Positions 29,516 to 38,930 of a stretch of 64,000 bases of DNA are shown piece by piece. The first letter of the stretch is position 1. Each line of letters starts with the position of its first letter. Under the pieces are notes generated by a model, which was not told where the DNA came from, did not search any database, and was given only the letters and a program-made list of their open reading frames with translations. Both the position numbers and the translations under genes were made by a program. The stretch comes from Clostridia bacterium. Lineage in GTDB: Bacteria > Bacillota > Clostridia > Oscillospirales > UBA644. Location of the stretch: positions 30,849 to 94,848 of the forward strand of contig JAFRTE010000020.1 in NCBI GenBank assembly GCA_017427285.1, given 5' to 3'.

Positions 29516-32089
29516 ATGATTATTTTTACAAACGAACAGAAAAAACGGATCGACGACGCTTATGCGGTTGCCGAAAAATATGCCGGCGGCAGAAGATACG
29601 ATATCTGCGAAGATCTGGGCAGATGCGAAAACGAAACGGAAGAATACTGCTTTAAATTCCTTGTAGCGTATCTTCCCATGACGGATATAACAAACTGGAT
29701 GGGCGAGCTCTTTTACAACCACGTCCACACATGTCTGCAAAACTACGAAAAAGTATCGTGGAGAGACGGAATAGATACCGAAACGTTTCTCAATTTCGTT
29801 TTGATGATGCGTGTAAACAACGAAAATCTCGAGCATTACAACGCAATTATCTTCAACGAAGTATGGCCGAGAATAAAAAACCTTACGATAGGCGAGGCGG
29901 CGCTCGAGATCAACCTCTGGTGTTTTGAAAAAGCAACTTACGCCTCAACCGATATCAGAACGGTGTCTCCGCTTACCATGATGAGAAACACAAACGGCAG
30001 ATGCGGCGAAGAGTCTACGTTTTTAACGTCCGCCCTGCGTTCGTGCTGCATTCCTGCAAGACAGTGCTATACCCCGCGCTGGGCGGCCTCCGAGAGCAAC
30101 CATGCATGGGTTGAAGTGCTTGTAGACGGAAAATGGTGTTATATCGGCGCGTGCGAGCCCGACGCGTTCTTGAACAGCGGCTGGTTCCGTATGCCCGCAT
30201 CGAGAGCTATGCTCACAAATACCCGTGTTTTTTCGGGATTTATGCCCGCGGATGCGAAATTCGTTTCAACTTCCGAGAAAATAAAGGAGCTCAACACTCT
30301 CGATATTTACGCTCAGACCCGCGATATTTCCTGCACCGTACTTGAAAACGGAGCGCCGAAAAAGGACGTCAGAGTTGAAATGGCGCTTATAAATTTCGGA
30401 GAGCTTTTCGACTTTTCAGACAGTCTTACCGACGAAAACGGAAAAACGTATTTCCGCACCGGCTACGGCGATCTTTTTATCACCGCAACTAAGGACGACA
30501 AAATCCTTTACGGCAAAATAGACGTAAGAGAGACCGACAACGTTACTCTCAACTGGGAAAACGCGGTATATTTTGAAGGACTGCCCGGTGAATTCGATTT
30601 TGACATCATTCCGCCGGCGCAAAAGGAGCTTCCCGAAATAAAACGTCCCGACAATGCGAAAGAAATCGCCGCGGCGTTCTCGGTCCGTCAGAAAAACGCG
30701 GAAAAAATACGCATAGATTACAAAAACACGTTCTTTAACGAAAACAGCGATTCGCCTCTTTTCAAAAAATACCCCGAATATGCGTCCGATATAAAGCAGT
30801 TTCTTATAGACGCGCAGGGAAATGCCTCAAAGATAGAGGCGTTTATAGACGATCCGAAAAACATCGCTGATAAATGCGCATTTTTAAAGAGTCTCAGCCG
30901 CAAGGACTTCGGCGACGCGGACAATATCATTCTCGAAAAGCAGTTTGCCCATCAGATAAAATATGCGGAGCAGTTTGCAGATAACAGACTGACTTTTGAA
31001 AGATTCGTCCTTCCCATCCGCATAGCTAACGAGTGGCTTTCTGCGTGGGGAGCGCCGATAGAAGCATTTTTCGACGGCGATACAAAGGCGGCTTTCAGGG
31101 CCGATCCGTCAAAAATCCACAAATACGTTGAAAAAGAGATAGAAGACAGCAAAGATTACGATTATGACTCTCTCGTTGCAATGCCTTACAATCTTCTTTT
31201 AACAAAACGCGGCTCGCAGTTTTCAAAGTCCGTGCTCGAAACGGCGATCTGCAGAAGTCTCGGTATTCCCGCAAGAACGTCGTTTACGGGCGAAGTTGAA
31301 TACTGGAAAGACGGCGAATGGTTCAGTATGCGCGGCGTAGCGCTGAGCTCGGAGCGTTCCGCAACTCTTGTTGCGAAATTTACCGGAGCGGAAGACGCTC
31401 ACAGACACGCAAATCTCGAACGTTACGAAAACGGCGAGTTTATACCCGTTCCGCTTTACAGACGCAGAAGAGGCGGCGACGAAAACGCAACCGAAGAGGG
31501 TATTCCTCTCGTACCGGGGAAATACAGGCTGATGACAAATTTCCGTATTAAAAACGGCGGCATTCAGGCAAAAATGTATCACTTCACCATTGCGGACGGC
31601 GAAAAGCTCGAAGCAGAATTTGCCGTTCGCGGTACGGAACCCGCTGAAAAAGGCGAAAAGAAAAAGATTTTTGACGCCGAGATCAAAGACGCGGAAGGAA
31701 AAGCTCACAAGCTTTCGTCTCTTGTTAAGGACGGTGTAACGGTATTTGCATGGCTCGGAGTCCGCGAAGAGCCGACAGAGCATCTTTTCAACGAAATGCT
31801 TTCCGTGACCGACGCGTATAAACCGTTTGCGGACAGGGTTTATTTCATCGTTAAAAACGACGGCGATCTGTCTCACGTAACGCTCAAAAAGCTTCTCGCC
31901 CGTCTGCCCGAAATAAATATTTATTATTTCGATTCGATACCCGAAGAGGTGTATGAGTCGCTTGCAACGAAAGACAAGCGTCTTCCCCTCGCAGTTGCAG
32001 CAGACGACGGTCTTAACGTTTCCGTGATCTCCACGGGATACAATATCGGCAGCGCGGATCAGCTGCTTGCTGCGCTGGAAAACAAATAA
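29516..32089 (+). CDS. large transglutaminase-like domain protein with C-terminal thioredoxin-like region
   Basis: Cys-His-Asp core (GRCGEES, NHAWVEV, GACEPD). The C-terminal roughly 150 aa resembles a TlpA/redoxin fold but lacks CxxC (FAWLGVREEPTEH). ATG 29516 follows GGAAGGA. Confidence 0.65.
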   Translation: MIIFTNEQKKRIDDAYAVAEKYAGGRRYDICEDLGRCENETEEYCFKFLVAYLPMTDITNWMGELFYNHVHTCLQNYEKVSWRDGIDTETFLNFVLMMRVNNENLEHYNAIIFNEVWPRIKNLTIGEAALEINLWCFEKATYASTDIRTVSPLTMMRNTNGRCGEESTFLTSALRSCCIPARQCYTPRWAASESNHAWVEVLVDGKWCYIGACEPDAFLNSGWFRMPASRAMLTNTRVFSGFMPADAKFVSTSEKIKELNTLDIYAQTRDISCTVLENGAPKKDVRVEMALINFGELFDFSDSLTDENGKTYFRTGYGDLFITATKDDKILYGKIDVRETDNVTLNWENAVYFEGLPGEFDFDIIPPAQKELPEIKRPDNAKEIAAAFSVRQKNAEKIRIDYKNTFFNENSDSPLFKKYPEYASDIKQFLIDAQGNASKIEAFIDDPKNIADKCAFLKSLSRKDFGDADNIILEKQFAHQIKYAEQFADNRLTFERFVLPIRIANEWLSAWGAPIEAFFDGDTKAAFRADPSKIHKYVEKEIEDSKDYDYDSLVAMPYNLLLTKRGSQFSKSVLETAICRSLGIPARTSFTGEVEYWKDGEWFSMRGVALSSERSATLVAKFTGAEDAHRHANLERYENGEFIPVPLYRRRRGGDENATEEGIPLVPGKYRLMTNFRIKNGGIQAKMYHFTIADGEKLEAEFAVRGTEPAEKGEKKKIFDAEIKDAEGKAHKLSSLVKDGVTVFAWLGVREEPTEHLFNEMLSVTDAYKPFADRVYFIVKNDGDLSHVTLKKLLARLPEINIYYFDSIPEEVYESLATKDKRLPLAVAADDGLNVSVISTGYNIGSADQLLAALENK

Positions 32090-32122
32090 AACAAAATAAA
32101 AATATAACGGGAGGTTTAAAAA

Positions 32123-32764
32123 ATGGCGGAATTATTCTCGATAACGATTGCCAGACAGTGCGGAAGCCACGGCAGATCGGTTGCAAAAAAAATAGCCGAA
32201 AAACTCGGTATTGATTATTACGACAGAGAGCTTATCTCTCTTGCCGCAAAGAAGAGCGGAATGAACCAGAAAATTTTCGAAGATTTTGACGAAAAGCCAA
32301 CAAATTCGCTCCTTTACTCTCTTGCCATGGGCGCTTACGCCATGGACGGTCAGTACGTTTACTGGGGTGATTCCGCCGTACCTCTTTCAGACAAGGTATA
32401 TAATATCCAGTCTGAGCTCATCCGAAGCATAGCGGCGGAAAAATCGTGCGTTTTTCTCGGCAGATGCGCGGACTATGCGCTGAGAGACAGCTACAGAAGC
32501 GTCCACGTAATGGTTACCGATCTTTTGCAGAACCGTATAGATAATTATATGATAGAAAATGACATCGAAGATCGCAAAAAAGCGGAGGACGAGGTTGTTA
32601 AAATAGACAAAAAGCGCGCAAATTACTACAGCTTCCATACAAACAAAACATGGGGCAGCGCAGACAGCTTCGATCTTTGCGTCCGCACAAGCATACTCGG
32701 CGTAAACGGCACGGCGGATATGATAATCGCTTTTGCCGAGAAAAAGCTCGGAAAGCTTATCTGA
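32123..32764 (+). CDS. cytidylate kinase-like family protein
   Basis: N-terminus ITIARQCGSHGRSVAKKIAEKLGIDYYDRELI is characteristic of the cytidylate_kin2 family. Confidence 0.7.
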   Translation: MAELFSITIARQCGSHGRSVAKKIAEKLGIDYYDRELISLAAKKSGMNQKIFEDFDEKPTNSLLYSLAMGAYAMDGQYVYWGDSAVPLSDKVYNIQSELIRSIAAEKSCVFLGRCADYALRDSYRSVHVMVTDLLQNRIDNYMIENDIEDRKKAEDEVVKIDKKRANYYSFHTNKTWGSADSFDLCVRTSILGVNGTADMIIAFAEKKLGKLI

Positions 32765-32765
32765 A

Positions 32766-33188
32766 ATGAAATGCGTTTTTCAAAACTGCCGCGGTGAAAC
32801 GGATAAATACGTTACGCTCAACAGAGAAGACGAAAACGGAAACGTTCTCAAGGAAACAGTTCCCGTCTGCGACGGCTGTGTAAACGTGTATCTTAATGCG
32901 CAATGGGAAAAATACAGATCTCTGAGAAAAGTCTGCACGGGCATTCTCGGATACGGACTTGCGGCGCTTATCCTGCCCGCTCTGATATTCGAAATAATGC
33001 GCGTTCCGGCATATATTCTCTGTCCGCTTATTGCGGCGGTGTTTATTCCGCTTACTGTATTTTTCAGACGGAAAGAGATAGAATGCGGCAACGACCTTGT
33101 AGACGCGAATCTCGAAAAATACAGGGTGAAAGCCGCGCTTGAAGCGCTCGGCAAGGAAAACGGAACAAAGTATTCCGTAGCTGAATAA
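32766..33188 (+). CDS. hypothetical membrane protein with N-terminal Cys-rich (zinc-ribbon-like) segment
   Basis: MKCVFQNC...CDGC followed by two TM helices. The start at ATG 32766 is chosen to avoid overlap with the upstream gene. Confidence 0.4.
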   Translation: MKCVFQNCRGETDKYVTLNREDENGNVLKETVPVCDGCVNVYLNAQWEKYRSLRKVCTGILGYGLAALILPALIFEIMRVPAYILCPLIAAVFIPLTVFFRRKEIECGNDLVDANLEKYRVKAALEALGKENGTKYSVAE

Positions 33189-33216
33189 ATAAGCGTGCTC
33201 GCGCCGAAACGATAAA

Positions 33217-33262
33217 AAAAACCGGTTGAAACAGAGCTTTTCTGCTTCAGCCGGTTTTATTT
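33217..33262. terminator. bidirectional terminator between convergent genes
   Basis: Long imperfect hairpin AAAACCGGTTGAAACAG...CTGCTTCAGCCGGTTTT with flanking A and T runs. Confidence 0.7.
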
Positions 33263-33300
33263 GACTATACTTGACGGCATCCCGTTGCAGTCATTTCTTT

Positions 33301-33462
33301 TTATTCCTCTTTGCTGAAATCGTCTTTCCCGACTCCGCAGGCGGGGCATTCAAAATCGTCCGGAAGGTCTTCAAATTTCGTTCCGGGAGCTATGCCGTTG
33401 TCGGGATCGCCAAGCGCCTCGTCGTATTCCCAGCCGCATATGTTGCAAACATATTTTGCCAT
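33301..33462 (-). CDS. rubredoxin
   Basis: 53-aa ORF that falls below the ORF-track length cutoff; I translated it by hand. The product is [53 protein letters not shown], with two CxxCG knuckles. A GGAGGA RBS lies upstream. Confidence 0.9.
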   Translation of the reverse strand: MAKYVCNICGWEYDEALGDPDNGIAPGTKFEDLPDDFECPACGVGKDDFSKEE

Positions 33463-33478
33463 TTTTATTCCTCCTGTT

Positions 33479-35272
33479 TTACTGTTTTATTTCTTCAAAA
33501 TCCGCCGCGCCGTGTTTGCATAAAGGACATACAAACCCGTCGGGCAGTTTTTCGCCTTCGTAAACGTAGCCGCATACCTTGCAAACGTAACCTTTCTTTC
33601 CTTCCGTTTGCGGTTTCGGTTTCACGTTGTTCTGATAATACGTATATGTCATAGTTTCTCCGTCGGATATAACTCTCGCTTCCGTAACAGAGCAGATAAA
33701 CATTCCGTGAGTGTCGAGATCGACGTATTGCTCAACTTTAAGGGACATAAACGCGTTTATGTATCTTTTCAGGAAAATCAGTCCGTTATCCGAGCGCAGC
33801 GGGTCGCAGTCCGCGAATTTATCAACGTTTCTGCCGCTTGCAAAGCCGAATTTCTCAAAAATCGAAAAAGGAGCGTCGGTTGAAAGACAGTTAACGTTCA
33901 TAATGCCCGTCTGCATTATTATATGATGCGAATAATTCTGTTTGTTTACCGTAACAGCGATCCTGTTAGGCGTATTCGTAACCTGGGATACGGTGTTTAC
34001 GATTAGTCCGTTATCCTTCTTGCCGTCGTTTGACGTTACAACATAAAGTCCGTAGCCGATTTTGAAAAGCGCCGTTAGATCGTTTTTGTTCGCGGTATTA
34101 TCCTGACGCGCAAGATAGTCTTTGCAAAGCTCTTTTGCAAGTTCATCGGTCTTTTTATTGGTTTCGTCGTTTGGGGAGGAGAGGATAGTTACGGAGTTTT
34201 CGGCAAAAGTAATGTTTTTGCATGGCTCGAGCATGTTTTTCATAACTTTTAACGCCATTGGCGCCCACGAGCCGTTTTCTATAAGCGCAACCGTCCTGTT
34301 TTTAAAACCGCGCTCGCAAAGAGCGGATATAAATTCTCGCATATACGGGAATATCTCCGCATTGTAAGTTGTGGTCGCGAGCACGAGTTTACCGTATCTG
34401 AAAGCTTCCGCCACTGCTTTTGACATATCGCACCTTGCAAGATCGTAAACGGATACCGACGGACAGCCGTTTTCGCGGAGCTTTTCGGCAAGACGGGAAA
34501 CAACCTTTTTCGTATTGCCGTAAACGGACGTATAAGCTATTACTATGCCCTCTTTTTCGGGCTGATAGCTCGACCAGGTATCGTAAAGTTTTATATATCC
34601 GTCAAGGTTTTCTGAAAGAACGGGGCCGTGAAGCGGACATATTTTTTTAATAAGAAGTCCTCCCGCCTTTTTAAGGAGGGACTGCACCTGCGCGCCGTAT
34701 TTTCCGACTATACCTATATAATATCTGCAAGCTTCATCGTCCCACGGCTCGTTTGCGTTCAGATCGCCGAATTTTCCGAATGCATCGGCTGAAAACAAAA
34801 CTTTATCCGCAGCGTCGTAAGTAAGCATTACTTCCGGCCAGTGTACCATAGGGGCGGTGACGAATGTGAGAGTGTGCTTTCCGAGAGACAGAGTATTCAT
34901 ATCGCCTACGATTATCTGCCTGTCCTCAAAATCTTTGCCGAAAAAGTTTTTCATCATCGCAAATGCCTTCGCGGTTGCAACAACGGTCGTTGCGGGATAT
35001 ACTTTAAGAAAGTTTACGATATTTGCGGAATGATCCGGCTCCATATGCTGGATTATAAGATAATTCGGCTTTTTTCCGTCGAGGACGGACTGGATGTTGT
35101 CGAGCCACTCGTGAGTGAAAGCGGCGTCAACCGTATCCATTACGGCGATTTCATCATCTAAAATCACGTATGAGTTATACGAAATGCCGTTTGGTATTAA
35201 GTAATGTCCTTCAAAAAGATCGGTTTTTCTGTCGTTTACGCCTACGTATCTGATATCATCGGTAATAAACAA
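33479..35272 (-). CDS. multidomain flavodiiron protein (metallo-beta-lactamase-like diiron + flavodoxin + flavin-reductase-like + rubredoxin domains)
   Basis: Diiron motif QHMEPDHS and flavodoxin segment [13 protein letters not shown] flavin-reductase-like split-barrel segment follows. The C-terminal rubredoxin is [10 protein letters not shown]...CPLCKHG. The start is TTG 35272, 8 nt after GGAGG. Confidence 0.85.
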   Translation of the reverse strand: MFITDDIRYVGVNDRKTDLFEGHYLIPNGISYNSYVILDDEIAVMDTVDAAFTHEWLDNIQSVLDGKKPNYLIIQHMEPDHSANIVNFLKVYPATTVVATAKAFAMMKNFFGKDFEDRQIIVGDMNTLSLGKHTLTFVTAPMVHWPEVMLTYDAADKVLFSADAFGKFGDLNANEPWDDEACRYYIGIVGKYGAQVQSLLKKAGGLLIKKICPLHGPVLSENLDGYIKLYDTWSSYQPEKEGIVIAYTSVYGNTKKVVSRLAEKLRENGCPSVSVYDLARCDMSKAVAEAFRYGKLVLATTTYNAEIFPYMREFISALCERGFKNRTVALIENGSWAPMALKVMKNMLEPCKNITFAENSVTILSSPNDETNKKTDELAKELCKDYLARQDNTANKNDLTALFKIGYGLYVVTSNDGKKDNGLIVNTVSQVTNTPNRIAVTVNKQNYSHHIIMQTGIMNVNCLSTDAPFSIFEKFGFASGRNVDKFADCDPLRSDNGLIFLKRYINAFMSLKVEQYVDLDTHGMFICSVTEARVISDGETMTYTYYQNNVKPKPQTEGKKGYVCKVCGYVYEGEKLPDGFVCPLCKHGAADFEEIKQ

Positions 35273-35365
35273 GCTGATCCCCTCCGATTTTATATTTTTT
35301 GTCGATCATAAAAATGCCCAAAAGCCGAAACGCATATGCGACAGGGCTTTCGGGCGGCTTTCGGT

Positions 35366-35632
35366 TTATTTTTCCAGAGACAGGCGGATCTTCGGAAGTT
35401 CGCTTGCCTTGTCTTCGAGAAATTTCTTTATCTTATCCGAATTTTTATAAATAATATAGCCGCATGCCACCGCCGCGCCGACGCAGATAATATTGCGTAT
35501 CATTTTTCTGCGGCGTTTTTTCAGCTCTTTCTGTACTTTCTCTTCAACTGCGGTTTTTACCGCCTCTTTTATCTTTGCTTTCGTTCCTTCTCCGAAATTT
35601 ACGAGCAGCTCGTCGATTTTGCTGTTTACCAT
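35366..35632 (-). CDS. hypothetical small membrane protein
   Basis: 88-aa ORF with an AAGGAG RBS, its own consensus promoter and one TM helix. No motif I recognise. Confidence 0.5.
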   Translation of the reverse strand: MVNSKIDELLVNFGEGTKAKIKEAVKTAVEEKVQKELKKRRRKMIRNIICVGAAVACGYIIYKNSDKIKKFLEDKASELPKIRLSLEK

Positions 35633-35668
35633 GGTTATGCTCCTTTATATTCAAACGTTTTTTATTTA

Positions 35669-35697
35669 ATTATAGCTTTAATTCCGCATATTGTCAA
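35669..35697 (-). promoter_or_regulatory. exact-consensus sigma-70 promoter
   Basis: On the minus strand, TTGACA (35697-35692), a 17-nt spacer, then TATAAT (35674-35669). Confidence 0.75.
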
Positions 35698-35721
35698 GAG
35701 GAAAAACCGTTCTTTTTTATA

Positions 35722-36447
35722 TTAAAACTTTGCGTTTTGAGCAACCTCGAGCCACCTTTTTGCCATCAGTCTGTGACCGACGAACGTCGGATGAATATTG
35801 TCCCATACAAGATATGACGGATGCACTTTTTTTGCCGCTTCGTCGAAAATATCCTGAAACGGCACGTAAACGGCTCCGTATTTTTTTGCAAGCTTCGGCA
35901 GAGCGGCGCTAATCGCGTCAAGCTTTTCCCTGTATTTTTTCATGACTTCTTCAGTATGTTTTTTGTTTCCGAAAACGAAGTCCGGCTCGCAGACGGGATG
36001 CGGGAAAAACTCATATTGGTCTTCGCGGTTTTTCGCGTCGAGGTAAAACGGCTCGCAGATAAAAAATTTAACGTCGGGCAGCGCGTCAAAAGTTCTGCTT
36101 AAAATCGATTCCGCGGCGGCAATATATTTTTCCGTCGCCGCGGCGGTATCTTCGTCAAGCGATTTTGCAACGTCGTTTATGCCCGCAAGAAGACTTATCA
36201 GCGAGGGACGGTATATAAGCGCGTCGTTTTCCCATGCCTCGCATATCTGTATCATTGTCCTGCCCGAAACGCCCTTGTTGAAGAATTTCGGCATGCTTTC
36301 GATATTTTTTTCGGCAAGGTAGCCGCATACGATTTCCTGATAGCCGTGGCCGAGGATGTGGTTGCCGTCCATGCAGTATCCTCTGCCGCCGTGAGTAATT
36401 GAGTCTCCCGTAAATAATACGGTGTCTCCGCTTTTAAGTGTAATCAT
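35722..36447 (-). CDS. SGNH/GDSL hydrolase family protein
   Basis: Block I FTGDSITHG, block III GINDV, and a C-terminal DNIHP (Asp-x-x-His). Confidence 0.75.
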   Translation of the reverse strand: MITLKSGDTVLFTGDSITHGGRGYCMDGNHILGHGYQEIVCGYLAEKNIESMPKFFNKGVSGRTMIQICEAWENDALIYRPSLISLLAGINDVAKSLDEDTAAATEKYIAAAESILSRTFDALPDVKFFICEPFYLDAKNREDQYEFFPHPVCEPDFVFGNKKHTEEVMKKYREKLDAISAALPKLAKKYGAVYVPFQDIFDEAAKKVHPSYLVWDNIHPTFVGHRLMAKRWLEVAQNAKF

Positions 36448-36449
36448 TT

Positions 36450-37784
36450 TTAACCCCCGATATTATATCTGATGTATTCGCAAAATTCGTCGGTAAGCCC
36501 CAGATCGAAAACAAGACGGGAAAGGATGTATTTGTCGCGTATATCCTTCGTTGCGGCAAAAGTTTCGGGAATAACTGACGGGTCGATCCCTATTTCCTTC
36601 GGCGTTTTGGGACACGAAACGCTGTCAAGAAGCTTTTCAAGCGTTTCTGCGGACGGTATCTCTTCCGATACGATCTTTTTTATCCCGTCAAAGTTATCGA
36701 TAATAGAATCTATTCTTTTTTCGTATTTTTCAAGCGAATATTTGTTTTCCTTTTTTTCAAGCCCGATCATCGTTTCCGCGCCTTTTCCGAGAAAACGGCG
36801 AAGGTCCTGCTGATGAGAAGACAGACTGAAATTTTTAACTGCATATACCGCCTTTTCTTTGTCAGGCGTAATACTGCGAAGCTTTTCGTAAAGCTTTGCG
36901 CAAATAAGCGTGCCTATCGCGCACTGTATTCCGTGAGTTGACGAATTTGTACCGAATTCCAGCGCGCGCATATCCCATATATGCGAAAAATAATGCTCGT
37001 TGCCCGAAGCCGGTCTTGACGCGTTTGCAAAGCTCATCGCGGCCCCGGCATATACAAGACCGTTGAATACGGCTTCAACGGCGGCGTCTTCACGCCTTTT
37101 AAGTCCTTCGGCGTTTTCAACACAGAGCTTTACCGATCTGCGGATAAGCGCAGCGATGTCCTCGCAGTAATACTCTCCGTTTATCAGATTCGAAATGCGC
37201 CACTCAGCAATGCTTATATATTTTGCGATGATGTCGCCTAGTCCCGAAACGAGCGATTTTTCGGGCGCGTTTTTCAGTATGTCGGTATCGCCGATAATTA
37301 TATCCGCGCATCTGGACTGCAGCGACAGTTTCAGTCCGTCGCGGTCTACCGACGACGTTGCCGAAGCGTATCCGTCCATGGACGGAGCGGTGGCGACGAT
37401 AACGTATTTTCTTTGCGATACGTTTGCAAGTATCTTGCCTATATCGTTTATAACTCCCGAACCTACGCCGACAACGACGTCGCACGAGGAGTCGAAATGC
37501 ATGATCGCAGACCCAACGGCTTTTTCGTCTGGTTTAATGTCTCCGTAAGGAAAAACGTAGGAAGAAAAAGCGATCTTTTCTTTTTTCAGTATTTTTTCAA
37601 CCTTTTCGCCGCATGCGGCATATGTGTTTTTGTCTGCAAGAACGAACGGTTTTTTTGCCCCGAGAAGTAGCAGTTTTTCGGGCAAAAGATTTATCGCCCC
37701 TATGCCCGTCACTACCTCCAAAACGGCGCAAAGGTGATCTTTGCCGCATTTACATCCGTGCGGCATTATTCCTTCAACAGTCAT
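36450..37784 (-). CDS. iron-containing alcohol dehydrogenase superfamily protein, sn-glycerol-1-phosphate dehydrogenase (AraM/EgsA)-like
   Basis: VGVGSGVINDIGK nucleotide-binding loop, ATAPSMDGYAS, and a His pair in NEHYFSH. The start is set at ATG 37784 (MTVEGIM). Confidence 0.6.
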   Translation of the reverse strand: MTVEGIMPHGCKCGKDHLCAVLEVVTGIGAINLLPEKLLLLGAKKPFVLADKNTYAACGEKVEKILKKEKIAFSSYVFPYGDIKPDEKAVGSAIMHFDSSCDVVVGVGSGVINDIGKILANVSQRKYVIVATAPSMDGYASATSSVDRDGLKLSLQSRCADIIIGDTDILKNAPEKSLVSGLGDIIAKYISIAEWRISNLINGEYYCEDIAALIRRSVKLCVENAEGLKRREDAAVEAVFNGLVYAGAAMSFANASRPASGNEHYFSHIWDMRALEFGTNSSTHGIQCAIGTLICAKLYEKLRSITPDKEKAVYAVKNFSLSSHQQDLRRFLGKGAETMIGLEKKENKYSLEKYEKRIDSIIDNFDGIKKIVSEEIPSAETLEKLLDSVSCPKTPKEIGIDPSVIPETFAATKDIRDKYILSRLVFDLGLTDEFCEYIRYNIGG

Positions 37785-37842
37785 TTGATCCTCGATATCG
37801 TTTTTATCAATAATATCACAAAATCTTAAAACCGTCAAGCGG

Positions 37843-37884
37843 AAAAACAAAAAACGGAAGAAATTTCAAAAGAAATTTCTTCCG
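37843..37884 (-). terminator. rho-independent terminator after ohrR
   Basis: 13-bp perfect hairpin CGGAAGAAATTTC-AAAA-GAAATTTCTTCCG with a T-run on the minus strand. Confidence 0.8.
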
Positions 37885-37889
37885 TTTGT

Positions 37890-38333
37890 TTATTCTTTGA
37901 CAGTCGCAAGCAGCTTGTAAAGCAGGGTGTAAAGATGCAGGGCGTCGTCGGGGGGCAGAGAAACGCATTTTACGATTTTGCTCGGTATTTCTGCCGCGCG
38001 TTCCTTCAGCCGTTCGCCTTTTTCGGTAAGATTTACCGTTACGCTTCGCTCATCGTTTTTGTCTCTTAATTTGGAAACGAAGCCCTTATCTTCAAGACTT
38101 TTTAAAACGGGAGAAAGCGTGCCCGAATCGAGAAAAAGCTTTTCGCCGAGCGTTTTAACGTTTATGCTTTTCTCTTCCCACAGCACCATCATCGCGATAT
38201 ACTGCGTGTAAGTAAGACCTATTTCGTCAAGAAACGGTCTGTATTTCTTGATTATTTCCCTCGACGCGGCGTAAAGGGGGAAACAGATCTGATTTTCAAG
38301 CTTTAAAGCGTTGTATTTTTCTGCGTTTTCCAT
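37890..38333 (-). CDS. ohrR: organic hydroperoxide resistance regulator OhrR (MarR family)
   Basis: Close similarity to B. subtilis OhrR along its whole length, including the sensing Cys in LENQICFPLY (Cys17). A second Cys is at position 123. Confidence 0.85.
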   Translation of the reverse strand: MENAEKYNALKLENQICFPLYAASREIIKKYRPFLDEIGLTYTQYIAMMVLWEEKSINVKTLGEKLFLDSGTLSPVLKSLEDKGFVSKLRDKNDERSVTVNLTEKGERLKERAAEIPSKIVKCVSLPPDDALHLYTLLYKLLATVKE

Positions 38334-38340
38334 CTGGGCT

Positions 38341-38883
38341 TTATCCGACGCACTCGGCTATTTTATCGTTAAGAGTTTTCATATCCGTCGGCTCGAAGCG
38401 CGCTACGATGTTTCCTTCGCGGTCGATAAGGAATTTTGTGAAATTCCATTTGATATTGCCGTTGTTTTTGTAATCCTTGTCGTTTTTCTTTACAACGCCC
38501 GAAAGGATTATGCTCATGGGCGATTTGCCGAAGCCCTCGAATTTAGTGTTTTCGGTAAGCCATTTGTAAAGAGGAATGGCGTTTTCGCCGTTAACGTCGA
38601 TTTTCGCAAACTGCGGGAAAGTTATGCCGAAACGGCCTTTGCAGAAGGTGTGGATCTCTTCGTTGTCGCCGGGTGCCTGTTCGCCGAACTGGTTGCACGG
38701 AAAATCGAGGATTTCAAAACCCTTGTCTTTGTATTCCTCGTAAATCTTCTGAAGCTCTTCATATTGCGGGGTAAAGCCGCAGCCCGTCGCAGTGTTTACC
38801 ACCAAAACAACCTTGCCTTTGTATTCCGAAAGCGCATGGTCTTCGCCTTTTCTTGTTTTAACCGTAAAATCGTATAAATTCAT
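38341..38883 (-). CDS. gpx: glutathione peroxidase family protein (Cys type)
   Basis: VNTATGCGFTPQY active-site Cys region, plus FPCNQFG and WNFTKFLI motifs. Confidence 0.9.
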   Translation of the reverse strand: MNLYDFTVKTRKGEDHALSEYKGKVVLVVNTATGCGFTPQYEELQKIYEEYKDKGFEILDFPCNQFGEQAPGDNEEIHTFCKGRFGITFPQFAKIDVNGENAIPLYKWLTENTKFEGFGKSPMSIILSGVVKKNDKDYKNNGNIKWNFTKFLIDREGNIVARFEPTDMKTLNDKIAECVG

Positions 38884-38908
38884 TTTGTATTCCTCCGTTT
38901 GATTTAGT

Positions 38909-38921
38909 TCAATTTAATTGA
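38909..38921 (-). promoter_or_regulatory. putative OhrR operator (inverted repeat TCAATT-T-AATTGA)
   Basis: Perfect 6-1-6 palindrome located between the -10 box and the gpx RBS. It resembles the B. subtilis OhrR box TACAATT-AATTGTA. A direct repeat AGTTCAATTTA occurs at 38906 and 38921. Confidence 0.6.
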
Positions 38922-38930
38922 GTTCAATTT

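Noticed and set aside
28391-29836. 481-aa ORF on the minus strand
   Set aside because: It is antisense to the CBM9-like and transglutaminase-like genes, both of which have clear family motifs and RBSs. Its translation is low-complexity (F/V/R-rich) with no motif I recognise.
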